The notes under the pieces are model-generated. The model worked only from the letters and a program-made list of their open reading frames with translations, was not told the origin of the DNA and ran no database searches. Of a stretch of 40,623 nucleotides of DNA, positions 9,033-16,384 are shown piece by piece. Both the position numbers and the translations under genes were made by a program. Source of the stretch: a virus (lineage: Duplodnaviria > Caudoviricetes); the IMG/VR virus record IMGVR_UViG_3300037692_000196, positions 1 to 40,623 of that record; one strand, given 5' to 3'. How positions within the stretch are numbered: the stretch's first letter is position 1; each line of letters starts with the position of its first letter.

Positions 9033-10376
9033 ATGATCGGGGCAACGCTGTTTTCCGGGATCGGGGCGCCCGAGGTTGCCATGCCCGAATGGGAGTGGCC
9101 GTGGCACGCCGAGACAGAAAAGTTCCCGGCCACCGTCATGGCGGCGCGCCACCTGCAATCCGTCAACCTGGGAGACGTGACCGCCGATGACTTTTGCGAA
9201 CGAGCCGCCGAAATCGCCATCCCAGATATCATTGTTTTCGGAAGCCCCTGCCAGGATTTCAGCGTCGCCGGAAAGCGTCTCGGCCTGGATGGCGCGCGCG
9301 GCAACTTGGCCCTCATCGCCCTGGGAATTGTTGATCGCCTTAAACCGCGATGGTTCTGCTTCGAAAACGTATCCGGCCTGCTGTCAAATTGGAGCGGTGG
9401 CGCGGACTGTCCGCCTGATTCGGGAGGAAGATGGGAAGGTGACGAAAACCACGATTTCGCAGCCTTCCTCGGTGCCGTCGATGAATTCGGGTATTCTGGC
9501 GCATGGGCGGTGCTGGACGCGCAACACTTCGACTTGGCGCAGCGGCGCGAGCGCGTGTTCTTTGTCGGACATTCTGATTGGCGACGTGCCGCAGCGGTAC
9601 TTCTTGAGCCCGAAAGCCTGTGCGGGGATACTCCGCCGCGCCGAGAGGCGGGGGAAGGAGCTACCCACGACGTTGCGCCGAGCCTTGGAGCAAGCGGCCG
9701 GGGCTTTGATCGCGCCGGAGACACCCAGGGGCAAGACCCGGTAGTGGCAATGATTCTGAATGCCAAGGTAAGGATAGATTTCGAGAGTGAGACGTTTGTT
9801 GCCACATCCACGCCGCCGCTTACCGGGAACCAGTATGGCGACCACGAAAGCCGGGAAGGGCTTCTGGTTGCCCATTCCCTCCGCGCCGATGGCTTCGACG
9901 CCGGCGAGGACGGCACGGGACGGGGCACGCCGCTGGTCGCCTTCTCCTGCAAGGACCATGGGGCCGACGCCAGCGAGCAGACTGCGCCGACTTTGCGTGC
10001 CGGAGGCCACGACAAAAGCCACGCGAACGCGGGTGTTATGCCGGCGGTGGCATTTTCCGAAAACACCCGGCATGAACCCAGGGAAATGGATATGGCGCCT
10101 GCGCTCTCAGGGGGTGGAGGAAAACCAGGGCAGGGCTTCTCGGCTGTCCGCCAAGGTTACCTTGTTCGCCGATTGACGCCCGTCGAGTGTGCCCGCCTCC
10201 AGGGATTCCCGGACGACTATCTGGACATCGAATATCGCGGCAAGCCTGCGGCGGACGGGCCGCGCTATAAGGCCCTTGGCAACAGCATGGCGGTGCCGGT
10301 CATGCGGTGGATACTGACGAGGATCGAGATGGTTAACAACCTTGCGGAGCCTGCAAATGCCGGCCATCCTGATTGA
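9033..10376 (+). CDS. DNA (cytosine-5) methyltransferase
   Basis: Motifs FSGIG, GSPCQDFS, ENV, QRRERVF, RRLTPVECARLQGFPD, YKALGNSMAV. Confidence 0.95.
   Translation: MIGATLFSGIGAPEVAMPEWEWPWHAETEKFPATVMAARHLQSVNLGDVTADDFCERAAEIAIPDIIVFGSPCQDFSVAGKRLGLDGARGNLALIALGIVDRLKPRWFCFENVSGLLSNWSGGADCPPDSGGRWEGDENHDFAAFLGAVDEFGYSGAWAVLDAQHFDLAQRRERVFFVGHSDWRRAAAVLLEPESLCGDTPPRREAGEGATHDVAPSLGASGRGFDRAGDTQGQDPVVAMILNAKVRIDFESETFVATSTPPLTGNQYGDHESREGLLVAHSLRADGFDAGEDGTGRGTPLVAFSCKDHGADASEQTAPTLRAGGHDKSHANAGVMPAVAFSENTRHEPREMDMAPALSGGGGKPGQGFSAVRQGYLVRRLTPVECARLQGFPDDYLDIEYRGKPAADGPRYKALGNSMAVPVMRWILTRIEMVNNLAEPANAGHPD
9187..9744 (+). CDS. Nested alternative-frame ORF, M.EcoHK31I beta-polypeptide-like
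   Basis: 185 codons open in the +1 frame; NSG...W.RN...CSLSDIL...YFLSPKACAGILRRAERRGKELP. Confidence 0.65.
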   Translation: MTFANEPPKSPSQISLFSEAPARISASPESVSAWMARAATWPSSPWELLIALNRDGSASKTYPACCQIGAVARTVRLIREEDGKVTKTTISQPSSVPSMNSGILAHGRCWTRNTSTWRSGASACSLSDILIGDVPQRYFLSPKACAGILRRAERRGKELPTTLRRALEQAAGALIAPETPRGKTR

Positions 10377-10424
10377 AATCCCCGGGCTACTGCATCTTCC
10401 CAAGCGCCTTGCGGACGCTTCGGT

Positions 10425-10525
10425 GGGTGCGGCAACGTGGAAAGCAGACACGTGATGCCCGAGAGAGCCTCGGAACCTTTTTGGGTTGCAATACCGAGAG
10501 CCGGAGTAGCGCCCGGCCCGCACCC
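10425..10525 (+). ncRNA. tRNA-like multi-arm structured RNA
   Basis: Closing stem GGGTGCGG/CCGCACCC, D-like arm ACGTG/CACGT, T-like arm GCCGG-AGTAGCGC-CCGGC. Confidence 0.6.
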
Positions 10526-10552
10526 TTCACCTGAACAGGAGAGAACACGGCT

Positions 10553-10921
10553 TTGATGCGTAAACAGCGCCCCGAGGAACTGGTTCACCGCGCCATCGCC
10601 GACTATCTGCGGATCGTCGCGCCGATCAACCATTTCTGGTGGGCGCACTACCCGGCAGGGGGAGCGCGGACTCCGGCGGAGGGCGGAATCTTCAAGGCAA
10701 TGGGCGTCGTGCCCGGCGTGGCCGATATTCTCGTCATCCCGCACGGCGGCATCGCTCACTGGTTGGAAGTGAAGGCCGCGAAGGGCGGGCAGTCAGAAAG
10801 CCAGAAGGCGTTTGCGGGAGTAATGATCGCGCTCGGCTGCCCCTACGCCGTGGTTCGCGCGGTCGACGAGGCCGACACGATGTTGAGGCAATGGGGGGTC
10901 GTCCGTGCAAGCGCAGCCTGA
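10553..10921 (+). CDS. VRR-NUC/PD-(D/E)xK nuclease, putative resolvase
   Basis: GVVPGVADI...WLEVKAAKGGQSESQKAF. Confidence 0.85.
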   Translation: MMRKQRPEELVHRAIADYLRIVAPINHFWWAHYPAGGARTPAEGGIFKAMGVVPGVADILVIPHGGIAHWLEVKAAKGGQSESQKAFAGVMIALGCPYAVVRAVDEADTMLRQWGVVRASAA

Positions 10922-11084
10922 CCTGATCTACCTCATGGACAAGGGCCAACTCGACGCCATGCGGGAGCGCGCCCGGCAAGAATACGGCACCGAGCGCGCG
11001 GCGGCGGCGCGGAAGCGATTGCGAGAGGCCGTCAACGAGCAGCTTGACCGGGAACTACAGGCGCTGCGGAGGGCGCGGGAATGA
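10905..11084 (+). CDS. Hypothetical helical protein (59 aa)
   Basis: GTG start; fills the gap; ATGA overlap with next gene. Confidence 0.5.
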   Translation: MQAQPDLIYLMDKGQLDAMRERARQEYGTERAAAARKRLREAVNEQLDRELQALRRARE

Positions 11085-11416
11085 CGGAATGGCGCAGCAT
11101 ACTCTGTAAGGATGTCGACTGGCGTCGCGCCGGCGTGACCGGGCACACATCCTCAGTACTGTTCAAGCTATGCCGGCCGGACGCGACGAAATACAGCGAC
11201 CCCGGCGAATGGAGCGAAATAACGCTCGGTGAACTCGCGGACATGGGCGTCCGCGCATGGCGTCACCCTGTGGGAATCGGCGATGTGGCCGTGCAAGCCA
11301 TCAAGACCATCATCGACATGGCCGCCGAGGGCGCGCCCGTCACCAAAGATGCCGTTGTGGCGGATGCCTACATACCGACCTGCGAGCGTCTCGAGGAGCG
11401 GGTTGTTGAGCCATGA
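11081..11416 (+). CDS. Hypothetical protein
   Basis: Coupled ORF. Confidence 0.65.
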   Translation: MTEWRSILCKDVDWRRAGVTGHTSSVLFKLCRPDATKYSDPGEWSEITLGELADMGVRAWRHPVGIGDVAVQAIKTIIDMAAEGAPVTKDAVVADAYIPTCERLEERVVEP

Positions 11417-11625
11417 GAACGCAGACGATCACCCGTAAGATCGACCGCCACATGACGGGCCTTCGCGGATCGCTGTTCGCGCACATAGAGCACGACGGAC
11501 GGCGGATTCTGGCGGTACGGTTCAGCGAGAAATCCAAGGACGGCAACACCCTGGACCGGGTGCTGACCGCCCTGGGCGACGTCGTGACCGCGGAAGCGGA
11601 GGCGCTTGATGGAGGCGATGCGTGA
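11413..11625 (+). CDS. Hypothetical protein
   Basis: Coupled ORF. Confidence 0.6.
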   Translation: MRTQTITRKIDRHMTGLRGSLFAHIEHDGRRILAVRFSEKSKDGNTLDRVLTALGDVVTAEAEALDGGDA

Positions 11626-11960
11626 ACCCCCCCGGCCGATTTAAGACGATGGCGGGCTATCTTCGCGCCCGCGAGAATCTACATCTCGGACGCGAGGACC
11701 GGTGGCGCGGGCGATTGCCGATCCCCTCCCATGCGCATCCGCTGGTGCGGCGGCTGTTTGAAATCATCAACGAGCAACGCGCGACGATACAGGAGGTCGC
11801 CGATAAGGCGGGTGTGCAGCGGGGGTCGATATCAGATTGGCGCTACCGCAACTCGCCGCTCCTCTCCACATTCGAGGCGGCGCTGAACGCGGTCGGATAC
11901 AAGCTCGTCATCATGCGGGATACTTGGCGGCCGCGCGGGCCGGGTCGGAAATCCGAGTAG
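11622..11960 (+). CDS. XRE-type HTH protein
   Basis: TIQEVADKAGVQRGSISDWRYRNSPLLSTFEAALNAVG. Confidence 0.8.
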   Translation: MNPPGRFKTMAGYLRARENLHLGREDRWRGRLPIPSHAHPLVRRLFEIINEQRATIQEVADKAGVQRGSISDWRYRNSPLLSTFEAALNAVGYKLVIMRDTWRPRGPGRKSE

Positions 11961-12155
11961 GCTAAGGTATTCTAGGGGATTCGACTCTGATGGGATTGAT
12001 GGGACGAGAAAACCATTTTGCTGGGGTCGGCAAAATGGTCGGCATAGGAAGTGATGTGATGCGTAGGTCCTCTGCTTGAAGCATTGGCTCGTGGTCGGGG
12101 AGCGGGGCGGCTCGAATGCCACTTCGCCTGAGCCGCCCCAACTCCTTAAGTAGGT

Positions 12156-12227
12156 GCCCCGGTGGCGAAATCGGTAGACGCACCCGCTTTGGAAGCGGGC
12201 TTCCCGCGAGTAGTTGTCTGTTCGAAA
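12156..12227 (+). pseudogene. Truncated tRNA-like sequence (Leu-type D arm, UGG anticodon)
   Basis: GCCCCGG-TG-GCGAAATCGGTAGACGC-A-CCCGC-TTTGGAA-GCGGG...GTTCGAA; 3' T-stem and acceptor strands missing. Confidence 0.6.
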
Positions 12228-12252
12228 TTCAAATATAACCCACTTCTCGATC

Positions 12253-12282
12253 TTGCGCAAGCGGGGGAAAGGTTGGTATAAT
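12253..12282 (+). promoter_or_regulatory. Promoter upstream of the replication initiator
   Basis: TTGCGC-18 nt-TATAAT with extended -10 (TG-N). Confidence 0.55.
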
Positions 12283-12393
12283 CCCCCGCTCGGCTGATCA
12301 CCGGCTTCACCGGATCGGGGGCGGTTGCGACTTGAAGCGCGCCGCCCTCCCTTCCGGACCCTTGCCGCAAGGCGCCTTCAAGAGGGGATAAAC

Positions 12394-13662
12394 ATGGATT
12401 GGTTCAGGTGGTACCACGGGACGATTTCCGATCCCAAAATTCGCTTAGTCGCCAAGCGTGCCGAAGTTCCCGTCCACCAAGTCCTAGCCGTATGGGCAGC
12501 GGCTCTCGAAAGATCATCCGAAAATTCACCGCGTGGGACCATCGAGGGATGGAACGACGAAGTTGTTTCAATCGCGCTTGAAATAGACGCGAACGCAATC
12601 GAACGCATCCGAACGCAAGCGAACGGACTGTTGTTCGCCGGTCGAAAAATCATCGGTTGGGACCGCAGACAGCCCAAAAGAGAGGATGGGTCGGCAGAGA
12701 GGGCAAGGCTTTGGAGAGAAAAGAAAAAATCCGACGCGAACGCAACCGAACGCCAGCGAACGCAAACGAACGTAGAGGAGATAAGAGGAGATATTAAGAA
12801 AGAGAAGAAAGAAATAGACGCTAAAGCGTCTACAAAGAAAGCGCCACACACACATTGTTTGCCGGACGATTGGCAACCGAATCGGAAAGCCTATGACGTG
12901 GGCTTGGAACAGGAGTTCAGCGATGCGGAAATTACACGACTCCTTGCCGGATTTGTCGACCATTTCCAAGGAAAGGGCAGTCGCAAGTCCGAACGCGGAT
13001 GGAATGCAGCCTCCTACAACTGGCTCCGCTCAGAGTTCGCGCACCGGGACGTTGTCGCTTGGCGCAAGACCGCCGGAGGTACATCGCCATCTAAGGGCTT
13101 TGGTCGAGCGGCGGCGGAGTGGGCTATCCGCGAAGAGCGAAGACGCGAACAAATGGCTCGAGCCGGCCCCGCCGAGGAAGATCGTGGAGGAGTTGACGCG
13201 ACTGCGGATGGTGACGAAGGCCAAGGACCCCGGCGAAGACTTGGATTTGCTGGTGACGGCGTATGCGGAGCGGATGGCGGAATACCCGCTGGACATAATT
13301 TGCGAGACGTGCCGGGAAATAGCGGACAAATCGACGTTCTTTCCGGCGTGGGCGGAATTGAAGGCGGCGCTGGACGACTGGATGAATCCGCGCCGGGAGA
13401 TTGTGGCCGGCCTCAACAAGCTGAAACCAGCTTTGCCACCGTACAATCCGCCGCCGCTGTTGGCGGACCTGTTGACGAGCGGCGAAGTCAAGCCGATGAC
13501 GGACGACGAACGGAGTTGGCTGGCAGCACGGCGGACGAGCCCCTAGCAGGCAAGGGCAACGGCAAGACGCGGCCTTTCGATGGGGCGGCCCCTACGGACG
13601 CTGGCAAGGCCGCCAAGGGGGTAAGTCTGGGCGCCGGGTACCTGGGGGCCGCATCGAAGTGA
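12394..13662 (+). CDS. Replication initiator (lambda O/replisome-organiser-like); 3' third may be a shadow extension
   Basis: MDWFRWYHGTISDPK N-terminus, SAERARLWREKK, LPDDWQPN; GAGGGG RBS; internal iterons. Confidence 0.8.
   Translation: MDWFRWYHGTISDPKIRLVAKRAEVPVHQVLAVWAAALERSSENSPRGTIEGWNDEVVSIALEIDANAIERIRTQANGLLFAGRKIIGWDRRQPKREDGSAERARLWREKKKSDANATERQRTQTNVEEIRGDIKKEKKEIDAKASTKKAPHTHCLPDDWQPNRKAYDVGLEQEFSDAEITRLLAGFVDHFQGKGSRKSERGWNAASYNWLRSEFAHRDVVAWRKTAGGTSPSKGFGRAAAEWAIREERRREQMARAGPAEEDRGGVDATADGDEGQGPRRRLGFAGDGVCGADGGIPAGHNLRDVPGNSGQIDVLSGVGGIEGGAGRLDESAPGDCGRPQQAETSFATVQSAAAVGGPVDERRSQADDGRRTELAGSTADEPLAGKGNGKTRPFDGAAPTDAGKAAKGVSLGAGYLGAASK
12590..12773. repeat. Putative origin iterons: two arrays of 4x CGAACG at exact 10-bp spacing
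   Basis: Copies at 12590/12600/12610/12620 and 12737/12747/12757/12767, followed by an A-rich tract. Confidence 0.7.
13100..13546 (+). CDS. Putative helicase loader-like protein overlapping the initiator ORF (start uncertain)
   Basis: LLVTAYAERMAEYPLDIICETCREIADKSTFFPAWAEL resembles proteins that follow phage initiators. Confidence 0.6.
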   Translation: MVERRRSGLSAKSEDANKWLEPAPPRKIVEELTRLRMVTKAKDPGEDLDLLVTAYAERMAEYPLDIICETCREIADKSTFFPAWAELKAALDDWMNPRREIVAGLNKLKPALPPYNPPPLLADLLTSGEVKPMTDDERSWLAARRTSP

Positions 13663-13712
13663 CTTGGGCGCTGAGAGGCCTTAAATCGGCCCTCAAACAC
13701 AGGAGGCAGAAC

Positions 13713-14039
13713 ATGAGAATTTTCGATGTCGGCACATTCGGAGCGGTTTTGTTGATTATCGGCAGCGTGCTGATTGGGCCGATCAACTCGACCACCGAGG
13801 ACGGGAGTTTCTACGGGACGCCCGAAACCGTGGAGGAAACGTGCGAGCGCGCCCTTCGGGAAATGGGAGTCGTCGTCAGCTATGCCGGAGAGGGGGCGCC
13901 GGAGCCGGGAGGCGGGGTTTGGACTTTCCCAAATGGACTGAAATTACAGACCGGAGAGGCGTTTACGAGGATCGGCTGGGAATGGATCAAAGGAGAGCCG
14001 ATCTGCTTGCCTGCCCCTAGCGGTATGGTGAGGCCATGA
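13713..14039 (+). CDS. Membrane-anchored hypothetical protein
   Basis: AGGAGG RBS; N-terminal hydrophobic helix. Confidence 0.65.
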   Translation: MRIFDVGTFGAVLLIIGSVLIGPINSTTEDGSFYGTPETVEETCERALREMGVVVSYAGEGAPEPGGGVWTFPNGLKLQTGEAFTRIGWEWIKGEPICLPAPSGMVRP

Positions 14040-14251
14040 ACACGCGGGACAGCGGCTTAATCGGCCTGGGCATGGCGGCGGTGACGATGACCGCCCTGCT
14101 TTTGATCGGGGCTGGGGTGGGCCTCAGCATAGCCCTGGTAGACTATTACCTCCGCGTGAGGGACACGCCGTCCTGCGAACGGATTATCAGCGCCGAGACG
14201 CTCCGATGCTACCAGGATTGCCGCGCCATTGTCGAGGGGTCCCGTGAATAG
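14036..14251 (+). CDS. Small membrane protein
   Basis: Long hydrophobic stretch; ATGA overlap. Confidence 0.6.
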   Translation: MNTRDSGLIGLGMAAVTMTALLLIGAGVGLSIALVDYYLRVRDTPSCERIISAETLRCYQDCRAIVEGSRE

Positions 14252-14510
14252 TCGAGACCCCTCTTCTATGGGCGAACGGAACACGTCGGCCCCAACCATC
14301 GCCGATGTCGATAATCTGAGGGACTTGGAGGAAAATTGGGACTTTTACGGATCGTCGCCGATCGACGAAAGGGCCATCGCAGCCGTCAAGGGCTTTGTGG
14401 CGGTGCCCACGGGTTCCGGCGGCATCATTATCGAAAGCGCCGATGGGACGGTGCAGATCGACATATCCGCGGACGGAACGATTGAAAGCGTGTACTTCGG
14501 ACGCGCTTAG
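14244..14510 (+). CDS. Hypothetical protein
   Basis: LEENWDFYGSSPIDERAI...VPTGSGGIIIE pattern; start uncertain. Confidence 0.6.
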   Translation: MNSRDPSSMGERNTSAPTIADVDNLRDLEENWDFYGSSPIDERAIAAVKGFVAVPTGSGGIIIESADGTVQIDISADGTIESVYFGRA

Positions 14511-14713
14511 GCCGAAGGGCCGGATATCCCGAGCATTGATTTGACCACGATCACGACCGGGTGCGGGATTTCCCGGTTCCCGGTTTCCCACCGGCGGACG
14601 GTGCGCTGATCGACGGCGGGCTTATCGTGCTCGGGATCGGTCAGCGCGGCGGCCATTTCGGCTTGGGTGAGGCCCAGCGTCAGGCGCGCGGCGCGGAGTT
14701 CAGGCGGGGTCAT
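14507..14713 (-). CDS. XRE-family HTH protein
   Basis: MTPPELRAARLTLGLTQAEMA...RTVRRWETG. Confidence 0.85.
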   Translation of the reverse strand: MTPPELRAARLTLGLTQAEMAAALTDPEHDKPAVDQRTVRRWETGNREIPHPVVIVVKSMLGISGPSA

Positions 14714-14715
14714 GG

Positions 14716-14937
14716 CTATTCTCCCAGAATCTCAACCCAACAATTGGAGTGCAGGCTGAGAGTGATTCGACCCGAGGTTTCCGAAACGCGGATCGAGTCG
14801 TAAAACCTCAGGAACCAATCGCGCAGGGCTTGCCCTTCGATGGGCTGCCCGGCGAAGTAGTTTTCGAGCGTAAATTTTGCCCCCGATACATCGGGATTGT
14901 TAAGGATTTCCGTTAGTTTTTTGGAGTTCTTACGCAT
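14716..14937 (-). CDS. Hypothetical protein
   Basis: Lower-GC ORF in the leftward cassette. Confidence 0.6.
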   Translation of the reverse strand: MRKNSKKLTEILNNPDVSGAKFTLENYFAGQPIEGQALRDWFLRFYDSIRVSETSGRITLSLHSNCWVEILGE

Positions 14938-15301
14938 GGCCTATTCCCCCTTTGGCTTTGTCGATGGCGGCGCGGGCGGTTTGTGCAATCTCGCCGTAGT
15001 TTTTGCAGATGTTCATTTGTGACGAGCACTCGGGGCCATCCGACATGCCGCGCGCGACGATCTGATGGTGATCGGCCCATGCCTCAAGGCGATCCGCGGC
15101 ATATTCAAGCGCGGCCAGCATGTCCGGGGCGGCGGCGATAAGGTCGGCGTTGGCCGCGCGCTCGCCCTTGCGGTCATCGGGGCACCAAAGATCAAGGATT
15201 TCCGCAACCGCGTCGGTGCCGGATTTGATTGTCGGGACGATCTTTGCCCCGTTTTCGTAGGACCAATTTTCGACGGTCCAAGGGCCTGGTGTGTGCGTCA
15301 T
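14930..15301 (-). CDS. Phage protein (HTPGPW...ANADLIAAAP family)
   Basis: Characteristic motifs; AAGGAG RBS. Confidence 0.8.
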   Translation of the reverse strand: MTHTPGPWTVENWSYENGAKIVPTIKSGTDAVAEILDLWCPDDRKGERAANADLIAAAPDMLAALEYAADRLEAWADHHQIVARGMSDGPECSSQMNICKNYGEIAQTARAAIDKAKGGIGHA

Positions 15302-15346
15302 AATTCCAACTCCTTTGCCAGGGCTCTAGGCCCGGTGGGGCAATGT

Positions 15347-15487
15347 TCACGCATACCGCATGGCGATAAGCCAGCGGGCGATTCGGATCTCATGGCGGGA
15401 GGCGTAGGTGCCGACCATGCGGCGGCGGCGAATGTCGGCGATGATGCGGCGGATGGTGCGGTTGTGCAGGGCTTGGGAAACGGTCAT
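15347..15487 (-). CDS. Small basic hypothetical protein (46 aa)
   Basis: MTVSQALHNRTIRRIIADIRRR...; GGAG upstream. Confidence 0.45.
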   Translation of the reverse strand: MTVSQALHNRTIRRIIADIRRRRMVGTYASRHEIRIARWLIAMRYA

Positions 15488-15549
15488 CTTTCAATCTCCA
15501 ATCTAGGCGGCACTTACTCGTGGGCCGTCGCACGCGGCCCATGGCAGGG

Positions 15550-15681
15550 TCACGCAAAGCTGACGCCGTAAAGCACGGCGCCGTATTCACGGTTGAGCCT
15601 CTCGGCGGCACGATGGGCGGCGCGCGCGGTCTTGTAGGTTCCAACTATTGCCCCGGTCTTGATGTTGATCAGCTTGGTCAT
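15550..15681 (-). CDS. Small hypothetical protein
   Basis: MTKLINIKTGAIVGTYKT...; AGGAG RBS; first gene after a leftward promoter. Confidence 0.6.
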   Translation of the reverse strand: MTKLINIKTGAIVGTYKTARAAHRAAERLNREYGAVLYGVSFA

Positions 15682-15711
15682 CGGTCGCGCTCCTATCTGG
15701 TGCGTGCACAT

Positions 15712-15795
15712 AGTATAAGGGCCGTCGGTCCTCGTTGTCAAGCATTAAATCAAAAATAATTTGACGGTTGCCGGCCGGGCAAATCCGGGTATAAT
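15712..15795. promoter_or_regulatory. Back-to-back promoters (leftward cassette / rightward late operon)
   Basis: Minus: TTGACA-18-TATACT (15741-15712); plus: TTGCCG-16-TATAAT (15768-15795); AT-rich spacer. Confidence 0.6.
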
Positions 15796-15842
15796 GGCGA
15801 GGATCATGACACAAGCGTCATCAATCGTCGGGAGATAGGATC

Positions 15843-16079
15843 GTGGCCCGACCCAAAGTCGATAAAATCTGGGCCGACGCAATCCGCCGTGCCGTCCTCC
15901 GAGTCGACAAGCAGAAACGCAAGCACATCAATATTCTGGCCGATCGCCTGGTGCAGGCCGGTATCAAGGGCGATATCAGCGCTCTCAGAGAGATCGGCGA
16001 TCGCCTCGATGGTCGCGCCCATCAATCGATCGGCGGCGACGGCAAGGCCGGGGAAATCACCATCAGGATTGTAGAGTGA
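15843..16079 (+). CDS. Putative terminase small subunit
   Basis: GDISALREIGDRLDGRAHQSI...ITIRIVE; position ahead of terL. Confidence 0.65.
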   Translation: MARPKVDKIWADAIRRAVLRVDKQKRKHINILADRLVQAGIKGDISALREIGDRLDGRAHQSIGGDGKAGEITIRIVE

Positions 16080-16384
16080 CAGCGGCTTTGCGCCAGCGGC
16101 GGTGTCCGCATTGCGGGGCCGATCTGGCGCTTGTCGGCGCGGCGCACCGTTGTATGCCGCGGGCTTTACGCGTTGTCACGCCACGTGACGGGGATGTCAC
16201 GCCGCGTGACATCCCGGCGCTTGGGCCTGTCACGCCGCGTGACAAATCGCCTGGTCCTGTCACGCCGCGTGACACGCTACTGCGTGAGCGGTGGCGCCTG
16301 CTGGACCGGCTGGCGGAGATCGAGCGTGAGGTCGGGCCGATGACGGCGGCGGAGCGGCAGCGGCGGAGGCGGGCTCGTGGGTGA
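16076..16384 (+). CDS. Hypothetical protein with VTPRD repeats
   Basis: CPHC, 4x VTPRD, MTAAERQRRRR; overlaps both neighbours. Confidence 0.55.
   Translation: MTAALRQRRCPHCGADLALVGAAHRCMPRALRVVTPRDGDVTPRDIPALGPVTPRDKSPGPVTPRDTLLRERWRLLDRLAEIEREVGPMTAAERQRRRRARG
16175..16273. repeat. Four palindromes GTCACG-CCR-CGTGAC
   Basis: At 16175, 16196, 16229 and 16259. Confidence 0.9.

Noticed and set aside
15745-15759. CtrA box (TTAA-N7-TTAA) at the late promoter
   Set aside because: Only TTAA-N7-ATAA within an AT-rich stretch; too weak.
16175-16273. Mini-CRISPR array
   Set aside because: Repeats are only 15 bp with 6-18 bp gaps, all in frame, and no cas genes are present.
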